A DNA stretch of 63,611 bases, filler included, from Folioceros fuciformis (GCA_049999805.1; 9 parts of 9 records of this genome joined end to end with filler, not necessarily neighbours in it); one strand, 5' to 3'; shown: positions 47,972-61,352, counted from the first letter of the whole stretch. The notes: generated from the sequence alone by a model not told the origin. Program-made: numbers and translations.

Positions 47972-50900
47972 CGAGCCTGGCTGACCTTCTGGCTACTCTC
48001 AACCCTTGTAGAGGTTCCTCCTCCCTCACCGGTAACCTGTTCATCGAACTCTCCCTCTTCTACTGTATGTACAGCAGCAATCAACTCCTCATCAGGAAAC
48101 CTGTCATCCGTTTCTCTAACCTTTCCTTTGGTTTTGAGTCTAGAAACAAAGTCAGCATTAACATGGCTCTTCCCTGCTCTTGTTTCCACCTCAAAATCAA
48201 ACTCCTGCAGCAAGAGAATCCACCTAGCGATCCTCCCTGATAGGTCAGGCTTGTTCACAAGATACTTCAAAGCAAAGTGGTCCACATGAAATACTACCTT
48301 GCAAGCTAGAAGATAGTGACGAAACTTCTTACAAGCGTAGATGATGCCCAAAGCTTCTCTCTCCGTTGTGGAGTAATTCCTCTCCGCATCCGTGAGTTGC
48401 CTTCCGGCATAGAAGATAGGGTGATCCCTCTTCTTGTCGTCTTGTTGGCTGAGGATGGCCCCTATAGCATAGGCTGACACATCCACATACACATGAAAGG
48501 TCTTCTCCCAATTTGGTGGGCTCAATGTGGGTGCTGCCACCAAACTCCTCTTCAAGTCCTGAAACGCTTCCTCCCTCTCCGGGGTCCACTCATACAGCAC
48601 ATCCTTCTTCGTTAGCTGGGTCAAAGCTGCCGCCTTCTTAGCGAAGTCCTTGATGAATCTCCTGTAGTAACCCACTAACCCAATGAAAGCTCTAACCTGT
48701 CTCACGCTCTGAGGTGCATCCATCTCCGAGATGATCTTCACCTTCTCCATGTCGACTTGCAACCCCCTGGCTGAAACTCTATGGGCTAGCAAGATACCCT
48801 CCGTCATGCAAAAGAAACACTTCCCTGGATGCAACTTGAGGTTAGTCTCCCTACACCTCTGCAAGCACTTCCTTAGCTGTTCCAAGTGTAGGTACCTCCT
48901 TCCAAAGACACAAAAGTCATCCAAGAACACCTCCATGAACTTCCGAAGGAACTCCTTGAAAATGGTATTCACCACCCGCTGAAAAGTTGCCGGAGCATTG
49001 CAGAGCCCAAAAGGCAACTTGGTGTAGGCGTACGTCCCCCAATCAGTTGTGAAAGTCGTCTTGTCGCGATCCTCCTCCCTCAGTGTGATCTGATTGTAAC
49101 CTGAATACCCATCTAGGAAACTGTACATCTCATGTCCAGCAACTGTGTCCAGCACACTGTCCATGAAAGGGAGTGGATGATGATCTTTCTTGGTCGCCTC
49201 ATTGAGCTTCCTGAAGTCCTGGCAAACCCTCACCTTGCCAGCTTGCTTCTTAGGCACCACCACAATTGGAGCTACCCACTCACTAGTTAGGATAGGATAG
49301 ATGACTCCAGCCTCCAAGTATTGATCCAACTGCTCCTTCACAACCATGGAGTACTTTGGGTTCAATCGGTATTGCTTCACCCGAACCGGTGTGCTTCCCT
49401 CCTTGAGATCTATCCTATGAACACCCAGCTCCTCCGGAACACCTGTCATGTCCGTCACCTTGAAGGCAAACACATCCAAATATTCAGTCAACAGTGCCTT
49501 CAAACCTACCTTCTCCTTGGGTGTGAGGTACTTGGACACCTTGACCTTCTTCCCTGGGGTCAACTCCATGTCCTCAACAGCATCGGGATCCACGTAAACT
49601 CCTTCGGGACTACTCCCTACACTTGTTCCTGATCCTTCTTCTGGGAAATCATAGTCATAGGCTTTCCCCTTCCAAAAGGCAGCTCCTTCCCTTCGCTCTT
49701 CATCCTCCTGTGGATCTTCATTCTCCACCACTTCAGTATGGAAACAAGTCACCTCTTGACCCAAATCCACCATCCTGACAGTATGCCCTACTCCCTTGTA
49801 GGCTCCTGTACTGCTGGAAGTGCTACCTCCAGCACTACCGGATGTGTACCCGGGGGATGGTCCTGCTGTTTCTCCCCCATAGGGAGCTTTGCTCCACGAG
49901 ACAAACGAAACTTCAGCAGGTCCTGTAGGTTTAGACCTAAAGGTCACACCTTTCCTGCCAAAATCAAACACACAAGCTGTCCCGTACAACCACGGTCTCC
50001 CAAGGAGCAACTTGTACCCCAGGTCAGACACTGGCCTCATGACAATGTAGGTTAGCTTGAACATGATCCCTCCTATCACCGTGGGTACATCCTTCAACAC
50101 TCCTAGAGGCTTCCTCTTGGTCTGATCTGCCATCCGAAGGTACACGCGGATAGGGTCAAACTCCGTGAACCCCAAACGATGGGCTGTGTCCTCCGTCATG
50201 AGGTTGACACCAGACCCCGTATCCAACGGTACATCCGGTACCAGACAACCTGCAATCTCCACCTCTATTTCAGGAGCTCCACAATCAGCCAACTCCACTG
50301 AACTCATCCACGTCGGGACTGTCTTCCCTTCGAGTGGCTCCGGTATCCCTCGGATGGCTTCCTTGACGATCTTCCTGGCCTTGGGACTAACAGACAAGAG
50401 CTGTCTCAAGCTCACCACAAACTCCTGGTCAAGCAAGGCGTCAGCAAATCCAGCAACCTTCATGGCCAAAGCCTCCCTTGCTGTTCTTGTTTTAGGAGGA
50501 TTGATCCCTCCATCCTCCTCGCTTCGATCAACCTTCTCTCCTTCCTGTTCCTTCTCCAAGGGACTTGCACTCTCCACCACCCCTGTCACAAGAGGGTCTG
50601 CAAACGTGACCTTCTTAGACTGGTGCATCAGCCTAGTCAGCTCTTCCTCCAGCATTGCAGCAACCTCCTTGCTAATGTCGGGTGGGAATGCTGATTCTTC
50701 AACCTCTCCTTCATCTAGTTCACCTTCCTCTCGATGAGGTGGAACAACCTCTTGTCCAGTCGACACATCATTCTTCCCTTGCTGGACGAGTGGTTCCTCC
50801 CTTGCCTCCGATGGTTTAGAAGTGTTGTCACGTTCTCTCCTCCTTCTCTTCTCTTCCTTCTTCGTCCTCTCCCGATAACGACGTTCAGAACGAGTGGTGA

Positions 50901-51067
50901 CCCTTGCCACCATGACTTCTTCACCATCGCTAGCTTCGCCTGAATATCCCTCCTCCACAATACCAGAAAATGCTTGAGAGTCAATCAAAGGCTCCTCCTC
51001 AGCCTCCACCGACAACACAGGTGCGCTTGTCACTGGAGTTGTTGTCTCCACCGCAGGAGGAAGTCCC
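47972..51067 (-). mobile_element. Ty3/gypsy polyprotein (gag tail, PR, RT, RNaseH), open throughout; non-chromovirus-like
   Basis: LDTGSGVN, FLDGYSGYNQI, LPFGLCNAPATFQR, VFLDDF, NYSTTEREAL, RIARW; PR-RT-RH order. Confidence 0.95.
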
Positions 51068-51167
51068 NNNNNNNNNNNNNNNNNNNNNNNNNNNNNNNNN
51101 NNNNNNNNNNNTTAATTAATTAANNNNNNNNNNNNNNNNNNNNNNNNNNNNNNNNNNNNNNNNNNNN

Positions 51168-52530
51168 TTCAGGGCCTTCCCCAGCACCCTAGGGTCAGTC
51201 TTCCATGGCCGAGGAACCATGTCGGCTGGAAGCTGATCCCGCTGAATAAGCTACCGTTTTCAGGCCAGGTTCCGGCTACTGATCCCACTCCTTCCCACCT
51301 CTTCTCTATCTTTCCCATTGCTCATGCTCCTCCCCTAGAGGCTGGCTCAGCCACCAAGGGTGAACAGTTGCAGGGGAAGACTTAGCGGGCGACCATCCAG
51401 CAAGGAAGGGGCGGCGTCCGCAGATCTTTGAAGATCAGACATCCTCTGAAGTCTCAGGATAGTCTAAGAGGTGGTAGATCCTTGTGGTGGTAGGGCCAGC
51501 TCATTGGTGGCAGGTTGTGCTAGAAGTCTAAATAAGTGGCTGGTGACAGCCGGCTAGGCTATTAAAATAATATTTCTCAAGTTAGAGAGAGGTGAAGTCA
51601 GAGAGACAAAGATAGGCTCCTATAAGATCAGGTGAGCCTGTAGGAGGAGGGAGTCATTCACTTTGGGAGTCAGTCTATCTCTTTGTGAGCTCTTGGAGGT
51701 CCTCTCTTCATGAGCTCTTGTGGTCTGTCCCTGCTTGGTTTAGGACTTGCAGTGTGTTGCCGGCTGTGCAACGTCTGGTAGGATCGCAAGCCGTGTGTTG
51801 CCGGCTGTACAGTGTTTGGTAGGATCGCAGGCAGCGTGTTGCCGGCTGTACAGTGTCTGGTAGGATCGCGGGCAGCGTGTTGCCGGTTGTGTAGTGTCTG
51901 GTAGGATCACAAGGTGTAATGACCAGGGTGTAGGGGCTTGCCCCTAGCTCTTGATTGTAAAGGGTGTGTCTTTCTCTCAACCTGTCCACTCTTGTTCCTT
52001 GCTTGGTCAAGTGCTGTAGGCCGGCCATGTTTCATGGCGTCTGGTAAGGTTGAGGGGAGGAGATACCCAAGAGGGGAGTGTGTTCCCTTCTTCCTTTTGT
52101 TTGGGGTTAGTTTAGTGACTCTTGCCGGGTAGGAGGAGTCAGTAGGGAAGTGTAGAAGGTAGTGGTGTCGTTGCTGGTTGCTGGTAGTTGTTGGTGTTGG
52201 TGCTGGAGTGAGAGAGTGAGTGAGGTGTGTGAGGGAAGACGCAGATCTGAGAGGTTAGAGTCGTTGTAGTGACTGGAGTGAGTTTGTGGGCACCGAGAGA
52301 GGTGCAGCTGACCGCCGGACAGCGAGGCCTGTCCTACGCCCGATCGGAGCTGGAGGGGAGCCCTCAAATCCATCATTGAGTTGATCAAGTCTGACCTTCC
52401 ATCCACAGCAGCAAGGAACCCCATCGCTCCTTCGTGGGAACGAAACCCAATGTCTGAACGACAGTGGGATAAGTGTGGCCACTAAAGGTGGAACCCGTTG
52501 GCAATCAGTGCCCGGGGTTTTGCCTCCACA
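51168..52530 (+). mobile_element. R1 large LTR in inferred sense orientation, TATAAG at 51621, ends CCTCCACA
   Basis: Reverse complement of the other R1 copies; 4 copies of the 41-bp repeat at ~51749-51910. Confidence 0.9.
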
Positions 52531-53762
52531 CCCATTCTGGTCTTGACTCAAGTAAGTGGAAGCAGGCTGTTAAGGAGGAGTACGACTCCCTAATCAAGAA
52601 TGGGACGTGGTCATTGCAGCCTCTACCACCAAACCGAAGGGCCATCTCATGCAAATGGGTATTTAAAACAAATTATAAAGCGGATGGATCTATCGAGAGG
52701 TATAAAGCACGGCTAGTGGTTTGGGGGTTCTCACAGAAACTAGGCGAAGATTACTTTGAAATGTTTGCCCCGGTGATCAAGTTCCCAACAAAATGCATGG
52801 TGCTTGCTGTCGCTGCACACTGTGATCTCAACTTGCAGCAGATGGATGTCCATACCGCTTCCCTCAACGGGCAGCTTGAAGAGGAAATATACATGTCGCA
52901 ACCTGAAGGTTACATCCAGAAAGGCAAAGAAAACTTAGTGTGCAAACTCCACAAGACTTTGTATGTGCCGTTCAATTTGGCAGATGCGCACGCAGCAGCA
53001 ACACCTTTGACAGCTGGCATCAAGCTTACGAAGGATCAAGCTGCAAGCACAGAAGATGAGGTCAGAGACATGGCAAAGGTGCCGTACAAACAGGCAGTCG
53101 GCACTCTTATCTTCCTTGCCTGCCTGACGAGGACGGACATCGCTTTCCCTGTCCACCTTGTTTCCCAATTTCTTGCACACTTTGGGAGAGAGCATTGGAC
53201 TCAGGTAAAGCAAATCTTTCGCTATCTCAAAGGAACAATGGACTTCTACATCACGTACACGGGGTCAGGAAAGAAGGTGCTATTGCTGGAAGGGTATTGC
53301 GACAGCGATTGGGCTGCCGACCCCGACAACCGCAAGTTGATTGCAGTGTATGTCTTCACGCTTGCTGGAGGCCCTGTAGCTTGGTCCTGCAAAAGAAATG
53401 CAAGCATCTGCCTCTCCAGTACGGAGGAAGAATACAAATCCCTTACAGTAGCTGCCAAAGAGGCTGTGTGGGATCAAAGGTGCGTGGAGGACGTCGGACA
53501 GACACAAGAGGTACCAACTTGCTTGCATTGTGATAACCAGGAAGCGATCGCCCTTAGTGGCAATCCAGTGTTCCACGCTCGCACCAAACATTTAGAGGTG
53601 CACCACCACTTCATCCGAGATGTGGTGGCGCGTGGGGAAATTGTTCTGAGCTACATCAATACCAGTGAAAACCCGGCGGATATCCTCACCAAGGCCCTGC
53701 CAAGCGAAGCCCACATGAAGCACTTTAGGAGGCTAGGCCTTGTGCCTGAGGAGAACAATTAG
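52531..53762 (+). pseudogene. copia RT-RNaseH with an in-frame internal deletion removing YVDD
   Basis: CKWVFK, QMDVHTA, KLHKTLY joined to FNLAD; DSDWA, ADILTKAL. PPT-like GAGTGGGG followed by TG at 54295 (likely 3' LTR start). Confidence 0.88.
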
Positions 53763-54440
53763 GAAGTTAGTGTGCTACATAGAATTGCATGCTTTGAACT
53801 GCTGTCTTGAGAGTCAGAACATACCTATCTTCTAAGATTGAGTCGGCAACCTACAGCTGCAAGTCCTGCACTGGACAAGAAAGACCCATAAGACACACAC
53901 AAGCTGACAAGCTGCAAAAGAGAGGGTTTGGGAGCTTGCCATAGAAGGTGGTCACTTGTGGAGGCAAATTGGTGTGCTTGGAGGTGCTTTTCATCCGCAA
54001 CCCATTCCGTCGACACAAGTAGCTACTCGGCGCCCAATCTTCTACTATGCAAACAAGCGAACAGCCATCATGACGACCAACTGGCAACAACTTGCGGCGC
54101 TCAAGAGACAGGTAGTGGCAGTTAGAGTAGGACAATTGACTATCCACCCAGCTTGCAGCTGCAACGGTGTCCCAGAGTCTGCGTGGCGGAGGTGAGCAGT
54201 GCAAAGGATCTTGCTGGAGACACTCAAAAGGCGGATTTGCAAGTTGATCCACATAGCGAATGGCGGCTTAGACGTGAGTGAGTGTTGAGTGGGGTGTTGG
54301 GGAGCATAATGCAACCCACACTCATGCATATATAGTCCTAGTTAGGTTTACGTTAAGGCAACTCAAACGGTTAATTAGTTTAGGTTGTGGCCGCGTGTGC
54401 GCGCGCATGAAGGTAGGAATGGTTGACAGTTATTGTACAT

Positions 54441-57230
54441 GTAACTCGTTCTCGCCAAAATATACAACACCTTTTTTGTAAGCGTCTCTTGTGCTCCTGC
54501 CTCGCACCTCGAAAATACAACAGGCCTTACTAGTGTGTTCCCGGCCAAGGAGACTTGGTGCCTGGTAGGAGGTAAAGGCAAACTTGGTGCCTGGTAAGAG
54601 GTAGATTCTCTGCCTATCCCGATTTTTTTGGTTGCTTTGTAAGCGTAGCGTCCTTCCTGGAGAGGAAGGCTCACTTCTTGGAACCATTTCTTTCTGATGC
54701 CGTCTAAGGTCTCCCACCTTTTTTCGTCCGTGCCAGGTTCCATCAATCTATGGGGTAGCGTGGGAGAGACCCTTGAACTCATTTTGTCATTTGCCACCCT
54801 TTGGTCTTCAGCTCTTGCTTTATGAGCTCCATATATTTCTTGTTTCAGCTGACTGATGTGGTTGAGACTTCGTCTCCCTTTCTGGTCAGATGTTGCTAAG
54901 TTTCAGCAGTGGATGTGAATGAAGTTGGGGATTGCTGGCTGATGGTGCAAGTGTCCATGGTTGTTGTCTTTATTGTTCTCACATGCTGGCCTTGCTAGTG
55001 TGTTGCCGGCCAAGGAGACTTGGTGTCTAGTAGGAGGTAAGGGCAAGTTCCATCAATCTGTGGGGTAGTGTAGGAGAGTTCTGACCCGTGGAGGGGAGAA
55101 CAAGTAGAGCAGTAGTTGTGGAAGAATATAGGAGTAGAGGTAAAGGTGAAGGTCGTTGTAGTGCTTAGAGTTACAAGGCAGCAAGAGTGCTCATGGCTTG
55201 GCAAGGAGCCCGAGGCTATGTTTCCTCAAATCCGCCCTAATTGGTGTGTGTTTCTGACGTGGTGTTGGCAGGTGCTGAAGGAGGGGCCCCGGTTGCAACC
55301 TGGTTGTAGCTTCCTCCTGCAGATTCTGACTTGTGGTTTCCAACACATACAGTGAGGGGGCTGTAGGCAGTAACAGCTGCGTAGTTGTGAGTGCAAAGAC
55401 CTGTCCACAGGTCAGAAGTGGTGACTTGAATCAATGGTAGGGTAGGAGTGACAGTCCCAACCTGTTTGCAATTGGCAGGTTTGTCGAAAGTTGAGTTGTA
55501 CCTTTGATCGAAGTTAGCAAGGTGTGGACTCCACATGCTGAATAGGTCCTTGGAAAATGGTAGGATTTCTCTTTTTGGGAATCTCTAAGTGAACCCTGTG
55601 ATGAAATGGTTAAAAGATTAGGTTAGATTAGTAGCTAGATTAATGGTGAGGCGAGGCGCGTCTTTGAAGGGTTGCTGGAATGATCTGAGAGAAGGGATGG
55701 AATGATTTGAGAGAGGAGGGAGAGTGTTGAGAGGCACTGACCATTTTGGTAGTCTTGAGAGGTTGGTCAATTTTGGTAAGGGCACCTAGTGGTGTCCATG
55801 GCACACAACCCCTATTAGGTTAGAACTAGGTTTGGGTCAAAGTTAGGGTTAGGTCAGAGTTAGGGGCAGCTTAGGTCAGAGAGAGATTGCTGGGTGGTTG
55901 ATTGAGGCTAACCCTAATAGATAGAGATGGAGGTTTGGCCCAAGGTAGTATAAGAGGCTAGACTTGCCATTGAGGAGGGGGCTGTCTACGGTACGATTTC
56001 CCTGGACCTTGGGTGCAGAACTCCTGGCTTAGGGCGCTGAGCTGGTTGAGACTAAACCAAGGTCCTGATTTCCCTTGCCACTAGGGGAACGTGGAGGATC
56101 CCAAGACTGCCAAGATTCGTGTGGCCGGATCCGCAATGGCTAACCACCTTGCATGCTGGCTGAGGTGAGGTTGCAGGGCCGTGAGCCAAGGAGGGTACCC
56201 AGCCCTAGGCCTCGCCTCTGCCTTGAAGGCTGCAAGAGGGAAGGCTGTTGTGTTCCAAATTGCAGGAGAGAAGGGTTGAGTTGCAGATTTTGGAAGTGGA
56301 AGTGTTGAAGTGGGGAGTTGAGCTAAAGTGAGGGGCTAGAGGGTGAAGTGAAGTGCTAAAGTGAAGGACTGAAGTGCTGAAGTGAAGGACTGAAATGCTG
56401 GGGTGAAGTGCTGAAGTGGTGGAATGAAGTGTTGAAGCTGGAGTGAGGAGCTAGCTGAAGTTGAGGTTCTCGTTCAACTGCGGAGGTAGCTAGCACTAGG
56501 TGCTGAGAGTTGGAGGCCAGACTTGGGGCTGGAGCCTCCTCTCAGCATTGAAGTGATTGATACTTGGAGCTGGAAACGAGGGCTGAAGACAATGCTAGAG
56601 TTCTCATTTTGTTGAGGCTGGGGTTGGTGTTGTGGTAGGAGCCGAAGACAGGACCGAGAATTATGATCTACTGCTGTAGCACTTGGTATATGCTGATCGA
56701 TAGGGTGAGATTAGAAGGATATAGGTAACCTTGACATTAGTTCACTCCCTTGGGAGCGAATCATAAGGCTGCAACGATAATAAGGGGAAGTGTGGCCCCT
56801 TGGTGGTTCTTGGGTGTGCAAGAAATCACTCCACACAAGGTCAGAAGTGATTTGGATGGAAGTTGGTTGTGAGACGTGAGAAGTGTGAAGTGGGAGGTTG
56901 TGTGGTCAGGTCAGGAGTGACAAACATGATCTGTCTACAACTAGACGAGTCCTGACTAGAGGTTTTATGGTCAAGAGTACAGGGATAGCAGTTGGGTGGA
57001 CAGGAGTTGTTGGGTCGGATGTAAGAGTTGTGGAGTTATGGAGTTATGGAGTTGTGGAGTCAGGAGAAGTCATTTCATACACTGCAACCACCAACCACCC
57101 AACTCCATTGGGAACACCAACCACTCTTTGGTGGGATCAAAACCCATTTTATACTAATGACAGTGGGATAAGTATGGCCACTATAGGATGGAGCTCAAGG
57201 AGTCCCACTCCTTGAAATCTGGCCGCCACA
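54441..57230 (+). mobile_element. R1-related LTR sequence (R5) ending CCGCCACA at 57230, hosting the R2 solo LTR; left boundary uncertain
   Basis: ACAGTGGGATAAGTATGGCCACTA near the end matches R1 U5; GTGTGTTGCCGGC..GTAGGA motif at 54533 and 54998. Confidence 0.55.
55523..56835 (+). mobile_element. Complete solo LTR (R2, 1313 bp) with 5-bp TSD CAAGG
   Basis: TGTGGA...TCCACA termini; CAAGG at 55518-55522 and 56836-56840; TATAAG at 55949. Confidence 0.95.
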
Positions 57231-58000
57231 TGCAGCCCGGGAAGGTGAGAACATTGCCCTCTGGAGGCGGATGACTGAGTTAGCAACTTAGTGATCGTCC
57301 TTGAAAGAACGGGCAGCAAGACACACTACGAAGCTTCAAAAGGAGTTAGGAAAGTATCGAAAAGAATGTGACAAGTGCTTGCGGGAGCTGGAGGAGCTAA
57401 GGACTCTGGTTGCGGAACAAACCACTGCTTTGGAAAATAGCTCAGTGAGGCACAAGGGGAGAATGCCCGGTCGCAAGCTGCCATGGAATCAATTTGTGTA
57501 GAGCAAAGGCAAGCTTCGAGGAAGCAAGAGATGGATGCCCAAGAGGCCTGCAGGCAATATACAGCAGATCCAGACTACTACCGAAAGGAGCGGAATTGGG
57601 CAATCAAGGGGGAGAAGGACTCCTCCCACAAGGTGGTCAAGGTAGTCCTGCAATTGGAAGAGTTGCGAGGTAGACTCTGCGCGGTGCAGGCTGAGGAAAA
57701 AGCGGCCCAACAGGAAGTCTAGACCGTGAAGTCCGATCTTGCGTTGATGCATGAGGATATGTAGAGTTACTGACAAGCTTGGGAGGAGGAGCGAAAGACG
57801 TTCGTGCGACGGGCCAACGACTTACGAGCCAAGACGGAGGAGTTGCAAGCCCAATTGGCAGACTGCGAGACCCGAGAAGATCATAAGGAGGTGACGCTAC
57901 TCCGAGACTAGACGAAGGTTGTTACCAATCTCTGGTGGAGAGAATCGGCCATGATCACTTCGTCGGCCCTCAAGGAGCTCCAGAGGTACGTCGTGTTGGT
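57231..58000 (+). pseudogene. Degenerate coiled-coil ORF, probably retrotransposon accessory sequence
   Basis: E/K/R/Q/L-rich helical translation (ORFs 57301-57501, 57483-57722 and beyond) with stops. Confidence 0.4.
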
Positions 58001-60776
58001 TGCAGCTTAACATGCCGACTTACCAAAAATCCAGTGGCGGCCGAAGTATGGAACGCTCTAGTGAATGGTAGTAGATGCCATCTAGCAACTTGATGACAGC
58101 CATGTGTTCTTCCACATCGAAGTCCTCTGGGTCTTGAATGAGACCGTGGAGGCTGTGGCAGCTGCAACCACTCTAGCACCTCCCTCCGGCAACCGCACCA
58201 CCCCAAGTAGTCTGGAGCTCCAAGATGTTAGTCCATCTTCTCCGGACCTCCAACTGCTAGTCCGTTCACCTCAGGCTGGCTCCGCCGACTTGTGCCCATC
58301 CCAATCGGTGGAGCAGAATCTCCTCCCGGGCCCCCCTCTCCCATAAGAACCACTCCAACGGCACCCTCCCTGTGCCCCACCCCGTTAACATTGCCGCCTT
58401 GTCATTAAGGTGCGGCGCTAGTTGCTAGGTTGCTCATGGCAGAACCGGATTGTCATGTACTTATAATAGTTGTTAGGGTTTATTTTTATTTATGGCTGTT
58501 GTCCAGACCTGTGGCCCGTTTTTGTTTAAAACCCCTCATATGTTAATTGAGCAAGGCCCTTGAACCTCACTTCCCATTCGGAATTCTGCACTCCCTTCGC
58601 CATCATTCGTGTCCCACAATTGGACCTTCTCCTTGGACTTATCTCTCTCAACTCGTCACTCATCGGATACGCCTGAGCCTGGCGTGATGAGTCTCGAAAG
58701 GTCCTAGAGATTCCCCTCAGGAGCGAAGGAGATCCACAACACTTGGGGAGCGCACCTGGCATCCCTGCTGATCTTCAGCTACAACAAGCAGCTCCTTTGA
58801 GGGACCACTGACGGTAAGGATTTGGTGCTTTGTATCACAACACCTTTGTCTCCGGTGCACTCCACTACTCGTTTCCTCTTCCTGTCACCACTCACCTCCA
58901 TAGTGCCTAGCTTCCGACGAACTCTGGGGGAAGTTGTTCTCACCCCTGGGTCCGAAAGTCACTACTCCACTTCTTCTCATACCGTCATCTACCCACGTCT
59001 CATTCACGAGCTCATCCGCCTTTCTCTTGCTCCTGTCAACTAATCGGAACCTCCATTGGGCACTCCACGTAGTTTCGTGACTATAAACTTTTTATACTTA
59101 AAGGTTTTTCCTACGCCTAAAAATTCATTCAAAAAATAGCCTATTGAACAATTATTTGATTGCCATACAAATCCAAACATATTTGAATTTAAAATTTACC
59201 CAATTTTGAGGATATAAGGTCGTTATGGTGTAACCAGAATGTTTAGAACTTTTGTACAATATACTCAAATTTTGGTTTGCAAGTAAGTCTTTCACACATG
59301 TTTACAACTTTCATACTACTTACTCAAATTTTGGTGTGCAAAAAAGTCTTTTATTCGTTAGACTTTAGACAAAAAAAGTGAAGTCTCATATTTATTTTAG
59401 AAAAACAAGATGGAAAAACCCATATACCCCTAGAGAGGGAGATAAATCATGATAAAGATACTAGGGGCTTACCCTCTGAAGCCTAATGGTGACCAATAAT
59501 ACTTAAAACATCATGGTCCAAGAGGAGAAAGGGTCTACTACTTGTTGAAGATTTGGATCACGAGAAAAAGATAAGTAGCTAAGATGTGATCATATTTATG
59601 CTACTAAGGTGTGAAAAAAGGTGCTAGTGGATTAATGGGTTTGCAACACTTATTTGCACGCATAAATAGGTTGGCCCAAAGCCTCAAATGTCAGAAGACA
59701 AAGAAGATGGTCAAGCCTTAGGACTAAAATCATTGACCCTTCATCATATGTTTGTGGAGACATTTAAAGTCATGAATGTTCTTCATATTCATCTTGCACT
59801 TGAAAAAAACCCGTTTTTTGGAAAATGAAAAGGAAACATTTACGTGGATGGTATACAATCGTAAATTTTATAGCAATATAATTAGAAATTAGCACAAACA
59901 AGTTTATACCACTTTCCAAAAATAGTATGAACTTATGCACACCAGACAATAAAGGCTATCAAGAATTTCATAAAACTGAACACTTTGCCAAAACCATAAT
60001 ATGTTAAGATTACCATGAATTGAAAGCTCCGTATTTCTTCATTTATGCTAATCCTCACCATTCACACAATGTATAGTGCTTGCAGCCAGTAACATCATGT
60101 TAAAGTGAAATTTTCTTTCTTGAAATCAACGGAAGACATTATCAAGGCCCTTTAAAAGCACAAAATATTAGTAAAATATAAGAATGATAATAAGTTACTC
60201 GGATTTTCACATAATCCTCTTTTGACTAGAGAATCCCTTTCTTTCCAGGCGCTAATATTTGTGGACCTTTGTCATTCCATAACCTTCTAACGCCTATCTT
60301 AGAGGGTTTTAAATTACATGTTTGTAAACAATGTCCCAAGTTGAATTAATAGCATTTACATTTGTGACATAAATCATCATGATCCCCCTAGGTCATAAAA
60401 AGTTTAATGCAAAGGAAAACCCCATTATGCAGGATGTAGGGGGCATAGAAAAAAAAACTACCTTCCCTAGCAATGGAAAACATGATGTCATACATGGCAT
60501 CAAATGTAGCAATACGCTACCCGCCCATAGGACATCAAGCCAACTGTGTCCTAAAGTTATCAAGTGAGGCCCCATAGTTGCAAGGTGAAAGGGAGCAGGC
60601 TAGATGATGAACCAAGCTCAAGCAAAAACACATTGCAATGCAGAATGTTGTTGATGCATTGTAAAACACCTAAATGTTGTTAAGCTAGAAGCCAAGCTCT
60701 AGCTGCATTCCGCGAGCGAGAGCGAAGTCAAGTTCGAGTGGGCTTAGAAATTAAGTAATCCTAGAGGAGGGCCAAT

Positions 60777-61054
60777 TGATGAAATATGACCTATTAAGGG
60801 CACTCTTCACTAGGGCACCTAAGACTATTAATTAATTTAGTTCTTAGGGCTTTAGGTAGTTTATTGAGTAGTTAGTTGTTAGAACCACTTAGAGGTTAGA
60901 ACTACTTATGGTTATAACTACCTAGCCTATATAAAGGCTTTGTACTTTCTATTATAATCAATGCATACAACTCTTTTTGTGCAAAGCTTTCTACTATATG
61001 CTTGCTATGTTTTGCTACCTAGAGCAGCCATGATTCTCGTCATGGTATCAGAGC
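60777..61054 (+). mobile_element. 5' LTR (60777-61042) and tRNA-iMet PBS (61043-61054) of a further, probably copia, element
   Basis: TGATGAAA...TTCTCGTCA termini, TATATAAA near 60928, TGGTATCAGAGC. Confidence 0.8.
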
Positions 61055-61092
61055 ATTGTTGCTCTCTATTTGCATTGAACAACTTGACACAC

Positions 61093-61352
61093 TATGGAGG
61101 CAAAACCCCAGGCACTGATTGCCGACGGGTTCCACCTTTAGTGGCCACACTTATCCCACTGTCGTTGAGACATTGGGTTCCGTTTCCACGAAGGAGCGAT
61201 GGGGTTCCTTGCTGCTGTGGATGGAGGGTCGGACTCAATCAACTCGATGATGGATTCGAGGGCTCCCCTCTAGCTCTGATCAGGCGTAGGACAGGCCTTG
61301 CTGTTCAGCGGTTAGCTGCACCTCTCTTGGTGCCCACAAACTCACTCCAGTC
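61093..61352 (-). mobile_element. R1 LTR terminus (terminal TG mutated to TA) inserted 38 bp after the PBS
   Basis: TATGGAGGCAAAACCCC matches R1. Confidence 0.9.

Noticed and set aside
55840-55875. TTAGGG-like hexamers as an interstitial telomere
   Set aside because: A few scattered copies within an LTR, not an array.
58680-58710. TGATGAG..GAAA as a hammerhead ribozyme (retrozyme) core
   Set aside because: Lacks the CTGANGA core and a pairable stem II; no hammerhead found by eye in R1 or R2.
59070-60770. AT-rich block as a Helitron or DNA transposon
   Set aside because: No termini, TSD or coding motif could be identified.
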